Origin: Camelus dromedarius
Taxonomy: Eukaryota
Length of the DNA stretch: 64,000 bases
Assembly (NCBI RefSeq): GCF_036321535.1
Contig: NC_087436.1
Span: forward strand, 119,228,001-119,292,000
Direction of reading: 5' to 3'
In this document: one piece after another, positions 27,040 to 41,010 of the stretch
How the letters are laid out: each line of letters begins with the position of its first letter
Numbering within the stretch: the stretch's first letter is position 1
Position numbers and translations under genes: made by a program
Notes under the pieces: generated by a model
The model's input: only the letters and a program-made list of their open reading frames with translations
Database searches by the model: none
What the model was told of the DNA's origin: nothing

Positions 27040-27560
27040 TTTGAGATTCCTTGGGGCCTCGGCATTCCATTTGTCCAGGATTCCTGTCAAGTAACCAGCC
27101 ATCTCCTGGTGCAGAGCTTTGAGGCCAGGTGTCTCCAGCCCTTTTGTGGCCTTCTGGAATTTAATTTTAAGGTCCGACCACACTGGGACTTCCAGTGAGG
27201 TTCTGTATTTGGACTAGGAGTCATTAGGCGGCAAAGATGCCTGGGTTCCAGGGAGGCCCTGAAACATTCTCTCCAACTGGAGAAAGACTATGGGACACAT
27301 GAAATTGATCTCTGATCCTCCCCGTGGTCATCTGGGAATACCCATGACATAATTCTTGATTAGTTAAAGGTATCCTGAACTTGGGTCAGGGTACACAATC
27401 ATTCTCACCATTTATTCAGTGTCCTGTAAATCATACCCAATTCACCCACGTCCCTTACCTCTCACAGTCATGGTTGCAGATATGCTGAGACTGAGAAGAA
27501 TGAATGAAGTGCTCCTTAATGTGGTCCCTTAAATCACCCCTGCTGACTCCCAATTCCTCC
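27040..27560 (-). mobile_element. ERVL/MaLR internal-like fragment
   Basis: Sequence texture resembles ERVL internal gag/pro remnants; not precisely identified. Confidence 0.35.
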
Positions 27561-27844
27561 TACCTGCCTGAGCCACCAGTCACCTAGAGAAAGGCGGCGC
27601 AGTCACCACCTGCTCTAACGGAGGGTTTGTCCGTCTCTCTTGTAGGTCTGTCGGGTTTGGGTTCACACAGTGGGAAGCTATGTGGTGAAGTGCATACAGG
27701 TTTAGAGATGTACTCTCTTCCTGTTGAATTAAAACATCATTATGCAGGGACCTTCTATTTCTAGTAATACATTTATTGTAATTGCTGATATATTTGGGTT
27801 TATTTTTACCCACTTTTGACCTGTACCACTTCTCCCATTTACTT

Positions 27845-28256
27845 CGCTCTAAGAGACTGCTGCAAAGAGGTAGGGGAGGAGTCAAGATACATAAGAGTTT
27901 TTACAACAAAGACCGGGTAGTCGAAACATCAAAAAATTACTGTTGATTAAGGAAAACCAGACATCTCAAGTCAAAGAATTTAGTGCTTTTCTATGTATGG
28001 GAAGGTGCAAAGGGCTGGGCTCACCGAAATCATTCCTTTGACGTGCACCTGCCTATCCAGGGCCAGGCTCCCATTCTTTCCCACCCTGAGTTCCCACAGG
28101 GGACACCGTTGAGGGTGGCTGCAGAAGCCAGGCTGCCTGCTTGTCCGCGTCCTCAGTTCCCTCCGTTCACAGTCGAGGGTGGCAGTAGCGGCTGCTGACT
28201 TGATGGCCACAGCATTCTTTGTTTACTGATATGGCTGGCAATATTTTTCATTCACA
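27845..28256 (-). mobile_element. MER41-like LTR fragment in S100P intron
   Basis: Homologous to 19913-20817; ends atatttttcattcaCA. Confidence 0.7.
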
Positions 28257-28628
28257 ATAGCATGCATTGTCAAACTCCGGTGCTCAGTGACCACCCCACC
28301 CCATGCAGGAGTCCCAAGAACACATTTTGAGAACCAATAGATGAGCCAGGGACTCTCAAACTTGGGTGACGTCAGAATCACCTAAAAGTAGAGGGCGCAG
28401 GCCCTTCAGCAAGCCAGGCCTCCTGCTGGTGCTGAAGCCGCGGAGCTGGAGACACGGGAGGCTCAGCGGTGCCCACAGCCTCGTGGCCGTCTCCCCGACG
28501 CCCAGCCCAGCGCCTGGCACCGTCAGAGTTTCAGCAGTGCTGGTGGCTGTCCAGCTACAGACTTCAGGAGCCTCGCTTACACACCACTGTTTGCCTAGTA
28601 GTGAATTTGTCAGTTCCAGGGCTGGGTT

Positions 28629-28648
28629 GTCGGCGCCCCCTGTTGCTG
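28629..28648 (-). promoter_or_regulatory. CTCF-like motif
   Basis: Reverse complement gcaacagggggcgccga fits the CCASYAGRKGGCRS core with minor mismatches. Confidence 0.5.
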
Positions 28649-29415
28649 CTTTTCGGATATGAACTGTGGCGGTGCTCAGTCCCCCAGCGAGGACAGTGCT
28701 CACCCACTGACTGTCACGTGAGCAGGCTCTCCCAGGCCCCACTGGGGCCAAAGAAGACCCAGGGCTTTGGGGGCTGAGCTGGGTGCCTGAGCAACGGGGA
28801 GAGCAGGAACTCTGTCCCCTCAGGCCGGGTCTCAACCCCTCTCCGTGCATCTCAGGCAGGCCCCTTTGGCCTTCTGGGCCTCCTTTTCTTCATCCTTAAC
28901 CTGGGGTGATGCATTTTCCTTGCCTGGTGGTCATGAGGTTAGAGGCTTATGTAAAGCAGCTAGCTTGGTGACGGCAGGAGGTGAGTGCTCAGTAAATGTA
29001 AAGCGAAGAATTTTAATAAAGTAACATCCGCAAAGCGAGTGGCACACTAAGGATGGAGGGTTGAGTGGGTGCATTTCCAGGGAATAATCACCATTTTTAA
29101 AGCACATTATACGATACAAAGACAATCTCCTTCAAATATAAAAGTAAAATACATACTCCCTCCTGCACAGTATAACACAATTCAAGTTTGGCCTTAAAAA
29201 AAAACTGTAAGTTAGTTCCTGTGACATCACATATGTGAGGGCTGCTCACAACCTCTCAGAGTCCGAGTGTTCTTTCAAGGGTCCTAGCACCACGCCCGTG
29301 TGACAGCAGAGTGGCACAAGCTTGCTCTTCTGTCCCCCTGCTGCGCAGCAGTGCATGCCTGAGGCCAGGGCCCCGCACAGGCATGCTTGTCACTGATCCT
29401 GGGTGTCTCCTCTAG

Positions 29416-29565
29416 ACTGAAGGGGACAGGGGTGCTGTGGGCAACCTTCACAAGGACCTGGACGCCGATGAAGACCCCAAGGGGGACTTCAGCAAGTTCA
29501 TAGCGTTAGTGGCTGCAATCACAACAGCTGGGCACAAGCACTTGGAGTAGGGAGGATTCAACTGA
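29416..29565 (+). pseudogene. S100P: S100P exon 2 remnant (premature TAG, dead EF-hand)
   Basis: After acceptor ctcctctAG: TEGDRGAVGNLHKDLDADEDPKGDFSKFIALVAAITTAGHKHLE*GGFN*, colinear with S100P [49 protein letters not shown]. 3'UTR homology to ~29710. Syntenic between the MRFAP1 paralogs. Confidence 0.88.
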
Positions 29566-31784
29566 TGTCCTGTGGGCCCAGATTCCTCAAGGGGACCCAG
29601 GCAGGATCAGGGAGCAGGCCCCTGGCTTCCAGAAGGCCCTTGTTGATAATTTTTCTCCTGGGCTGAGCCTGCTGATGGCCTTCTGATTAATACGGTGCTC
29701 ATGAAATGATGCTGGTCTCAGAGAAACTGATTATTTCCTTAAATCTCAGCTCCCCTCCCCCACCCACACAACACACATACATACACAAGAGATAACCCAT
29801 TAAGTTGCCACTAAATGTTCACTGCCTGCCCACCTGAGAGATGGAGATGAAAACGACCCAGAGTCCATTCACAGGCCATTGCCCAAGTGCCCGCCGCGTG
29901 CCAGCCGGAAGCACAGCCCCAGCTTTTGTTTAGTCATCAGCACAAAGTGAGCGCCACCCTGTGCTGGACCCACAGGAGGATGGTGGGACCAACATCCAGT
30001 CAGTCAGGCAGCCTCTCATCAAACCCTGGCCCGTACGTCTCTCCAAACATGTTTCTTTAAGTAACGTCTTTTTAATGATACTTTTTTTTTTTTTTTTGCC
30101 GCCAAGACCATAAAACACAATGACAGAGAAGAAATGAATTACAAGTGAGGATGAGAATCACCAGTAAACAAGCGCCCACGTCACTGATGTTTATAGCCAG
30201 TGACTCAGGTGAGGTCTTGGGTATTAAGTCAATAATTTAATCCGGTTTTGAGACTCCTATCATTTTTTTTTTAATACCCAGCAGTGGAAGCCTCTTCTTA
30301 ATGTCTGAAGATGTTTTCCACCAGAGCATCAGTGGGCATCGCTGAGAGACCCTGAGCTTGGAGATGGACACGGTGATCTGAGGCTCTGGTTGATGCCTCG
30401 CTGGGGAAAGGACAGCACGTGTTTTTGCAAGAGGGAGGGCTGCGCTAGGTTAGGTAGGAGCAGGTACACACATTGCAGCAAAGCATGAGAAGTCAGGTTA
30501 ATACAGCATGGGGGAGCCAAAAGTGTGGACCAGAGTGGAAACTGCTTTTTCTCCTTTCTTGCTGTTTCACAAATGAGTCACCATCCCAACCTGCGAATGA
30601 CAAATCACCCAGCTTCTTAGTACCGGGGGGAGGCAGGGCCTACAGAAGCTGCTGCTGACACCAGACAGAGCCCTTGCTCCCAGGCCCGCTTTGCACTGGG
30701 GTCCGGGCAGACTCCGTCCTCCCCCAGACGTGGGGTCAGGCGAGTGCACCAAGGGCGCGGACCACACGGGTTTTGCAGTCTGGTCTTGGAGAGGTTTCCA
30801 GCCACAGTGCCCTGAACCTAGCTCTCCAGGTCTCTTGGCAAATCTGAACTACTCAGTATCTTAAAGGAGTGGACTCTTCTGAGCCATCACCCAGAGTAGG
30901 TTTCTGTGCTTCCCAACCAAGAACCCAGACTCCTTGAGAATGAAAACAGTTGCGCGGCACTTCCTTCGCGTGTCTTTCTGGGGGCTTCTCTGACTGGTCC
31001 TCCCAATTCCCAGCCTCTCTTCAGGTGACAACAGGCCCATCTTCGCCGGTCTTTCACCTCACAGGATGATCTCCATCAAAATGTCCTGCTTGGAAGAAGA
31101 TTCTTTTTCTAGAAAGTGCCGTTCCCAGAGCTGCCCGGTTGCCCTGGAATCTTCTTATCCCATCCTGACTGCGCCCCTCCTCTAACCGGGAGAACATGTC
31201 TGGTTGGGAGAACAGATCCCTGCCTCCCAGTTCTGTTCAGGGCCCTCTGAGCAGGATGCAGAAGGCCCCGTTCCAACCGGGGAAGTCCACAGTCACCTCT
31301 CTGGAGTTCACAGCTCCCCGGGGGGGAGGCGGGTACCTGGCACCCAGGTCCTCATGAAGCAAAAGCCGGGTCCAACCAGCACTGGTGTTTCCAGGAGGGG
31401 TCTTTTTTTTTTAAACCATTATTTCTGCAATACCATGATTCTTGGCCCAAGAAGAAAAGGTGGTAAAAGTCAAGTCTAAAAGCAGGTGGCTTCTCAGTCT
31501 GGGTGGACAGCCGGTGTTCCCTTCTCTCACTGCAGAAGAGATCCCCGCGTTAACCTGAATGCCACCCGGAGTGCTGTCTCAGCATGTTGGAACGGCTGCG
31601 AGGACTTGATGGCAATGAGTGTCCCAGCATGCGCTCTTCAGTAAAGATACAGTTCTTCCTATCTTTGCTTTTAAAAGGATGCTACAATTAATATTTCCAT
31701 GCACAAAACTTGGTCTTAAGCTCAGATAATTTCCCAAAGATGGATTCCATTTTGAACCTAGAATTACTAGCTCAAAGGAGAATT

Positions 31785-32205
31785 TTTATTGTGGTTTAGG
31801 AAAAAAAAAAACATGAAATTTGCCATCTTAACCATTTCTAAGAGCAGAGTTCAGTGCAAGTAAGCACATTCATACTGTCGTGCAACCAATCTCCAAAGCT
31901 TTTCATCTTGTAAAACTGAGCTTCTGTGCCCATTCGACAGCAGCGCCCCCGCCCCAGCACCTGCTGGCCTACTTTCTGCCTCTTGGGATTTGACGACTCT
32001 AGGGACCTCACGTAAGTGGAATCACACAGGATTTGTCTTTTTGTGACTGGCTTACTTCACTCAGAATGTCTTTCAAGTTCATCCATGTTGTTGCACGTGT
32101 CAGGATTCCTTCCTTTTCAAGGCTGAATAACCTTCCACTGTATGGGCAGACCTCACTTTGCTTAGCCATTCATCTGGCCATGGACATTCAGGTTGCTACC
32201 AGATT
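31785..32205 (-). mobile_element. old L1MB-like 3'UTR
   Basis: aaatttgccatcttaaccatttctaag...gtaagtggaatcacacaggatttgtcttttgtgactggctt. Confidence 0.75.
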
Positions 32206-32879
32206 TTAAAATATATATATATATATATAAAATTTCACCCGAGTCATTATCTCCACTATCTCACTTGGGAAAAGAAGCAGCAGCCATTTCTCAGGTGAAC
32301 CTACCACTTTTGTGACTGTTTCCCGCAGAAGAGGCCACCTGAGCAGCAGGCGCTCCTGGCCCTCGGGGTACCGCCTGCGCCCCCTGCTGCTGATTTGCAG
32401 AATTGCTCCCTGGCTGAGCTCTGTCCCTGAGTTACCCGCGAGGGTGGTGCATTTTCACCTTCTCCGGAATGTCAGGTGCTGTGGGCGCTGGGACCACCGT
32501 GCCCTGGTGAACTTCTGGCTGAGCACACCAAGTCACGGGGGCTAAAAGCCATATTGCTTAAGCCACATTTAGTCAGTATCTGCCTTCACAATTACTGTGC
32601 AATGACGACTTGTCATTCATTTTGGCCATTCAACACCTGTATCCCTGTTTGTTTGGGGAATTCATCACTTAAGCATCTTGATAGGTGGCAAGTCTGTCTT
32701 CTTCGTCCTCTCGCCCTGCTCAGAGGGCTCTGACTCCCATGCCAGGCGGCCCTCTGTGGGACGCCCCCTCCACCAGCCTGGCTCTGAGCCCTGATCTGGG
32801 CCACCATGGATCCCCACTCCTCTAACAGGACACCTACACCAGTGTGTGTGTCTGTCTGTCTGTCTGTCCTCATTTGCAT

Positions 32880-33415
32880 TTCTAGTCATTCACAGACATG
32901 CAGAGAGGCACACACATGAGTCATGTGACAGCACGTTCCCGGTGGGGATCAAACAAGGCAACACCGTGCCCCTTGTGTCGGCTCTCACATCATGAAAAGA
33001 TGTCCTTCCATGATCCATTTATGCCACATTTTCTACATTTTTGTTTTCGTTAGTGATTTCACTGTTTATAATGGTCCCCAGGCCTAGTGCTGTGGTGCTA
33101 TCCAGTGTCCTAAGCACAGAAGGCTGTGATGTGCCTTGTGGAGAGAACACGTTAGACCAGCTTCACTGAGGCATGCGTCGTGGTGCTGCTGGACACGAGC
33201 TCAAAGTGGGCGAGTCAGCATGTTAAATGAGACACTTTTAAACCAAAAGATACATAAAACAAGGTTATGAATCGATTGGTTGATGAAAATGTGTCCGGAG
33301 GCTGGCAGGGACCTAACCTGAACTTCCCCTAGGGGCAATGATTCAGTATTTGCTAATTCAGTGTGTTTGGTGCATTTATATACCATAACTACCACAAATA
33401 ACAAGAACTGACTGT
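32880..33415 (-). mobile_element. MER82-like Tigger DNA transposon
   Basis: Reverse strand starts cagtcagttcttgttatttgtggtagttatg...ctgaattagcaaatactgaatcattgcccctaggggaa, as in MER82; TA at the boundary. Confidence 0.75.
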
Positions 33416-33432
33416 ATACACACACATCTCTT

Positions 33433-33524
33433 CTTTTTTTTTTTAATGGAGGTACTGGGGATTGAACCCAGGACCTTGTGCATGCTAAGCACGTGCTCTA
33501 CCCCTGAGCTATACCCTTCCCCCC
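33433..33524 (-). mobile_element. vic-1-like tRNA SINE
   Basis: ggtactggggattgaacccaggaccttgtgcatgctaagcacgtgctctacccctgagctataccc. Confidence 0.85.
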
Positions 33525-35321
33525 AACACACACATACATCTCTAGGCATGGTGACCACCTGGCAAAACTGCAGCCCGGGACATACCTAAGTGTCCACATT
33601 CTTTGTGGCTTCACTCAGGAAGTGAATGAGTGTGTGGGGAACCGCCAAACTGAGGCTGCAAAGGTTAAGACAGCCAGACTTTGGTTGAAATGGGTGTTAA
33701 AAGAGTTTGCAAAGAGATGGCAGGAAGGCCAATCAGAAGAAAGGAAAGATGGAACATTGTGGGGATGCAAACTTGAGAGAGAAGGCCAGAAGGGGGCTTA
33801 AATTCTAGGCAGCGACAGAGCAAAACCAGGACAAGACAGCTCTGAGAGACGGAGACATTCAGACGTATGTACGAACTCCATGTCGAATGCATGACTTGTC
33901 TTACCTCTGGGCAACGTGCTATGTGATTATCCTGCCTGCTGTCTGTCTGCACCACTAGAATGCAGCTCAAGAGGCAGAACTTCAGGACTGTCTATTCCCT
34001 GGTGTGTCTCCCAGAGCCTAGAACAGGGCCTGGAATGATGCAGGAGCTCCATGGTATTGATGAATACACAAGAACACCTGTGATAAAGTGAGTTTTCCAA
34101 AGGGTTTCAGGAAGGGATTGACATAGGCCAGTTCGCTCTAGCCGAGAGGGAACAGGAATGGAGTAAGACTGCACGCAGTGAGGCCCGTTAGGACGCTATC
34201 ACATTTGTGGTTTGTAGTAGCTGGAGGGATGTGGCTAAATCCAAGGTGTATTCTGGAGGTAGTTCAATGTGCTTTAGGGACAGGATGGGGACGAAGTGCT
34301 GAGGAGGGGGGTGTCAAGAATGACACTGAAGTTTCTGGCTTGGAAACTTCACTTTGAGTTATCTGCCTCGATAAGCAGACACAATGACGTGTAAATAAAG
34401 TGTACATACCTAATTGATACTTGTTCGTTTAATAATGACTATTAAACACCAACCATGTGACAGCCAAGCACTGGCCTACGTGCTAGGAATTCAGCAGTGA
34501 ACAAAGTCCCTGCCCTCAAGGGGCTGATTTTACACAGAGAAGTCAGACCACACACAGGTAAATAATCACATGTCAGCAAGTGAGAAGAAAAAAGAGGGTG
34601 GAGAGTAATAGGGGATGGCAGGGCTATTTTAAACAGGGTGGCATGGGGAGACCTCTGGTAACGTTTAAGCAGAGACTTGCAAAAAGCGCAGTCAGCCATG
34701 CGGATGTAGAATTTCCCAGGTCTTTTCGAAGGGAACACAGAATTTCAGATTTCAGAGCAAACGGATTGTGGGCATGATCGGTTCATGGGAGCCGAATGAC
34801 TTTCAGAGCTACGGACGGGAGCCAATCCAAATTTTCCACCTGACTTTGAAGTTACTTCAATTCCACTGATATATAAGTAAGAGGGAAAAAATGTGCTAAA
34901 ACAAACAGGAAATACAGACAACCTCTTGTATGCCTCTAAAATACATTTCATCACCAACCTGGGGTAAGGCATCAGCTTGTCACAACACTGCATGAGAGCT
35001 GTGGGCAAAAAGGATTCAGAAGTCTCTTAAGGCTCTGAACATGAAAGAGACACGGAATCAAGCCCTGGGATACTGAAAAAATGAAATGCAACACGACATA
35101 GGAATCCAATCTACGGTGAGTTATTTGAGGGGAAAACATACGTATACACTGTAGACAAATACATAGTACACACACACACTTGTGCATTCTGCAAATAAAT
35201 GTGCGTGTGTGTGTGTGTGTGTGTGTAGTCAGACACTCAAGGAAGAACACCCATTTCAAAAGAAATTTGTTTATGATTCTTTAATACATAGAGGCTTTGG
35301 CCATTGGAACAAGAGAAAAAT

Positions 35322-35443
35322 TGTTTTTGGTGCAGGTGGCACGTAGGTTTACTTATTTATTTATTTTTAGAGGAGGTACTGGGAACTGAACCCAGGACCT
35401 GTGTGTGCTAACACACTCTACCATTTGAGCTATACCCTCCCCC
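35322..35443 (-). mobile_element. vic-1-like tRNA SINE just downstream of MRFAP1L1 poly(A) region
   Basis: ggtactgggaactgaacccaggacc...ttgagctataccctccccc. Confidence 0.85.
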
Positions 35444-35471
35444 ACAGAAAGTTTTTTAAGGCTTTTTAGGT

Positions 35472-35477
35472 TTTATT
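35472..35477 (-). terminator. MRFAP1L1 candidate polyadenylation signal AATAAA
   Basis: Reverse strand catgtaataagtgttcatttgccttgaaaaataaaa is homologous to the MRFAP1 3' end. Confidence 0.55.
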
Positions 35478-36789
35478 TTTCAAGGCAAATGAACACTTAT
35501 TACATGTTGGACTTGGACCTCAACCCCAGTCAGGTCCACAACCCTGACCAACCAGGAAGGACTCTGTGAGCCCTGATGACACCTTCCTTTCTCCAACCTC
35601 TCAAGGCTCTTTGTAGATCCTCTCTCTGTTGCGATGCTCTGAACGCCTGTAATGTGTGAGGGTATTAAACAGTCAAGTGTACACCAACATTCTCTAGTCA
35701 AGCTTCTCTGTCATTTGGGGTCACCTGTCAGGTTACCCAATACACACAAGACAAAATGCATAGCTCTCCTCCTTTGTCTCACAGAGCTAAAATCCACAAA
35801 GACCCAACTTCCATCTCCATCTGTCTCTAGGTCTTCCCAGTCTTTCCAAAGCAGTCTCATTCCCACATTCTTCACCAGCTACATCTGAGGAGTGCCTCCT
35901 CCTGCCCCTCTAAAGCAGGGAGATTCTGACCCTAAGTCTTGTGTTGCAAAGTTTCAAAAAACAGGTCACGTGTTAGCAAAACACAGGGCAATGCCCAACA
36001 CTTAAAAAACATGGCAAAATAAAAATAAATGTGACCACGAGACAACTTTTGATTAAGCCCCATATCCCTCATTAGAGTATTCCTCAAACAAAAGTTACTT
36101 TCCAGGAGACAAATCTGTTTGACAATCTGAACCTCTATGGAGGTCACCAACCACTGACCCTAAGGGAGGCTGTTACACAGGGGTCAAAAACATACAAAAA
36201 TGAAATCAAGAAAATGACAAGCTGTTTCAGTTTCCTCGAGGTGGCAGCCCATCCTGACCAGAGTCCATCAGCTGGGAACGTACAGCACAACTGGAAGAAA
36301 TTTACCAAGCCAAAAAAAACAAAAAACAAACAAAAAAAACCACCCACAAGAATGCCACTTCTTTCAGACAGGTTCTCTGACACATCTGCCCTCGAAGAAA
36401 AATTGGAAATTCCTACTGATGGCCCACAGCTTTACTCTTTTCTATCTCTTTCCCTGTGTTCTCACCCTCCCCCCATTTGCCCTATGGCCTACGTTTTCTT
36501 TGATTTCTCCCATCCTCCGCAGGGATAGGCAGGTCTCTCTCCAGCGTCTGTCCCGTTAGAATCGACTTTTATGTTTCACAAAACAAACCTGAAGTTATTT
36601 TAATTTTTCTCTAATTACCAGAAGGGTTGTGAGAGGCTACTAAGAACAGTATCTATTAACACCCATCCAAACTAGCACGCCTTCCTTTTCTTCTTGAGCC
36701 CAATTTTGCTCCCACTGCCCAAGTTTTGATGCAATAAGATTAGGGCTTCACTCCTAGAATACTACTATCACACAGGAAGCTGTTTAACC

Positions 36790-37639
<850 letters not shown>

Positions 37640-38480
37640 TTAATTCTTTTAAGTAAAGCAATTCTCCAAACTCTGTATTTTAATAAGACAGGCTGGCGTT
37701 CATACGCTTACTACCCAAGCACCCACTGCTCCAAGTGCTTAATTTGTGTGAACTCATTTAGCCCTCACAGCAAACCTATGAGATAGGCGAAGAACTGTCC
37801 AGAAGTCGTGCTCATGGTCATAATTTGAACTCAGAGCTCCTTGGGTCCACAGTCCCTGCCCGTAACTGCGGCACGTGCTCCCTCTTCTGGGACAGAGCCC
37901 TTAAGTCAAAAGCTGCAGATGATCACAAGGCCCTTTCCTCCCAACGCCCCACCCCTGGCTCTCGGACTTCGGGTCTGGGGGGACTTCTCACTCGCTGCCT
38001 TGGGTTGTCTGATCAGTAGGTTCTGAACTCTCTTCATCAGACTGTAAACAACCCGAGTTTACTTCTGATTTGGCGCTGTCCTCAGCTCCTCCCGGCAGCC
38101 TGGCTGCAAGTAGGACCTCAGGGAATGTTTTAGGGAGAAGACCTTCTTCCCTGAAATAGAAGAACCGCTGCCAGACTGCAGGCTCCTTACAGGCAGGTTC
38201 TGGTCTTGGTCACTTCTGGTCTTGGTCACTTATACCCAGGCCTGAAAAACAGCAGGAGCAGTAAATGTTGCTTTAATACTCATTGAACAAAAATGTTTGC
38301 GCACCAGTAGTGTGCATTGTGGACTGAATGGAGTCTGTTTCTAGGCTTGTTCACCCAGTGCCATGCTAACATTAGTATGCAGGGAATCCTGCTCACACAA
38401 GTGCCACAGATCAGAGCTTCAGTTTTCCTGTATGATAAATAAAGACCAGTGGTCCAAGAGAGCATATTTGTCATTGGGAA

Positions 38481-38923
38481 AGAGGTGGGAAGCCCCATGA
38501 AAAGACCAGCAGGACCCCCAGGCAGGGCCACTACTTTCCCACCAGCGCCATCCAGTTCCCTGGCTCTGTGGTATTATCTGGCTTTTTGCTTCTGTAAAAT
38601 GGCTTGCTTCTAGGAAAGCGGAATTTACCCCTAAGATTCTATTGGTCCCCAAAGCTCACTCCTGATTGGTCCAATTCTATCACTCCTGATTGGTCCATTT
38701 CTAATACCTTATTTGCATATGATGTTGCAAAATTTTGCAAAGTCTAGACTGGTAGCTTATAAAAGCCTACATAAACCTACAGACAGGGTCCAGAGCTTGG
38801 AGTGTTAACTCCTTTGGGCCTGCTGGTGTGATAAACCAGAGTTCTCCAACCCTCTGAGTGCTACTTGGTTTCTCACCAGGATCCAGGTTGCTGTAACATT
38901 GAGCTGTAACACTTTGCTGTAAC
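38481..38923 (+). mobile_element. ERV1 solo LTR, same family as 21200-21761
   Basis: gaggtgggaagccccatgaaaagacc start, ATTGG repeats, ATTTGCAT 38711-38718, TATAAAA near 38758, ends gctgtaaCA. Confidence 0.85.
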
Positions 38924-38929
38924 AGTAAG

Positions 38930-39555
38930 AGATGTAAGTGAGGTTCTTGTCCCATCGCAAAAAGAGTTTAGAGACAAGTCGCAGAGGTTAAGAAAGTTAA
39001 GTGAGGATTTATTAAGGGGTAGACAGTACACTCTCAAGGGGAGAGTGGGCAGGCTCAGGTGAGTGGCTGCCCTGAGTTTCCTTGGCAAGTTGGTTATATA
39101 GAGTGTAGCAATGAATGAGTGAAATATTCACTGGGGAGGGAAGGGTTTGCGGTCTTATTCCCTGATTTTCATTCCAAAGGAGGGAGGGGTTTTTGTCCTT
39201 ATTTAGTCTGGATCAGAAGTGTCATGGTGCCAGTTTATGATGGGTACATCTAATCTGCAAGGCTAATTTTACTGACATGAAGACATAATGAGCAAAAGGT
39301 TACATTCAGACACTGGAGATTCCTACCATTTCCCACTTTTCTTTGTTGGCCCCCAGGCCACTTGTTACCCCCAAATGTGTGACTACTTATCAGCCCAGAG
39401 GTTCCTGCTTTCCTTTCTCTGCCCAGAGACCCCTGGTGCTTACATGATGTAGAGATTCCTCATTTGGCCCATGACCCTCCTTTTTGTCCAGTTGCTGCCA
39501 TTTGGTCTGGGTCCCCCTTTCTCTGCTCATATCTAGCTATCTGCCTGCTCTAACA
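38930..39555 (-). mobile_element. second ERV LTR, tail-to-tail with the previous one
   Basis: tttatt near 39008 (AATAAA on minus), ttatata near 39094, ends ctgcctgctctaaCA. Confidence 0.65.
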
Positions 39556-39934
39556 AGATGATGTGATTGACAGTGTTTTGCAAATATCACTGCAGTAGAT
39601 ATTAGTGGTGGAAGTATTATAATTATTACAGGACAGTATGTGGGGGTACTTGATGCCAAATGTTCTGGAGTTAGACAAATCCAGAATTAGGTCCTTGTTC
39701 CTCCCATTACTTACTCAACAACCTTGGACAAGTTGGTTAACCTGAACACATCTCTCTGTGTCTCAATTTCCACCTGTTACCCTAGGGTGGGCATTAAATG
39801 TATGATCCTTAATGATCATAACATGAGATCCATATGGCCCCTAATAATCATATGACATGGTTTCCCCAAGATTTCACACCTCCTGTCTAGATGTGATTAT
39901 TAGTAGTGCCCCCTTTCACTCCCAAAACTTTCGT

Positions 39935-41010
39935 TTAATAAATTGGACTTTATAAAAATCATGAACTTTTGTTCATCAAAAGACACCATTAAGAGAGTGA
40001 AAGGGCACACCACAGAGCGAGAGGAAGTATTTTCAATACACATAACTGAAAAAGGACTTATATTCAAACTGTACTAAGAATTTCTACAGATCAATGAGAA
40101 AAATTCAATTTAAAAAAGGGAGAAAGACTTGAGCTGGCACTTCACAAAAGGAAACATACAAATGGCCAGTAAGTATATAAAAAGGTGCTCGATTGCATGA
40201 TTCAACAGGGAAATGCAAATTAAAACCACAATGAGATAGCACTATACATCCCCTAGAATGGCTAAACTGTAAAATATTGACACTACCAAGTATTGGGGAA
40301 GATGTGGAACACCTGGGACTCTCATACATTCTTAATGGGTGTCTTAGTCTGCTCAGACTGCCACTACAAAATACCGCAGACTGGGTAGCATAAATAACAG
40401 ACTTTTTCCCCTTCGCAGTTTTGGAGGCTAGAAGTTTATGATCAAGGTGCCAGTATATTCAGTTTCTGATGAGATCTCTTCCTGGTGTACAGATGGTCAC
40501 ATTCTTGCCATAGTCCTCACATGACCTTTTTGTGTGCGTACAGGTGGGGGCGGGGTGGGGAGGGAGAGAGCAACGAGCTCTGGTGTCTCTTCTTACAGGA
40601 ACACTAATCCTATCAGATCAGCACTCCACTCTCATGACCTCACTTAACCTTAATTAATTCCTTGCTACAAATACAGTCACACTGGGTGTTAGGGCTTCAA
40701 CAAGTGAATTTGGGGTGGTGGGGGGAGACATATACATTCAGTCCATAACAATAGGAATGTAAATTGGCACAACTTTGGAAAACTATTTGGCACTATCTCC
40801 TAAGACTAAGCATGAACCAACCCTATGACCTAACCAATTTGATGCTTTGGTTTACAGTAAAGAGACTGAGTACATTTTTCCACAAAAAGATACACAGAAG
40901 AATATTCATAGCAGCTTTATTATAATAGCCCTAAAGCTAAAACAACATAAATATTCATCAGCAAGAGAATAAATAAATAAAATAAATAAATTGTATATTC
41001 CTTCAATGCT
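39935..41010 (+). mobile_element. old L1 3' region with nested MLT1A-like LTR (~40340-40750)
   Basis: L1 text (aatgcaaattaaaaccacaatgagat) is interrupted by tgtcttagtctgctcagactgcc...cattcagtccataaca. Confidence 0.75.

Noticed and set aside
38198..38229. 16-bp tandem duplication ttctggtcttggtcac x2
   Set aside because: Ordinary slippage event with no evidence of function.
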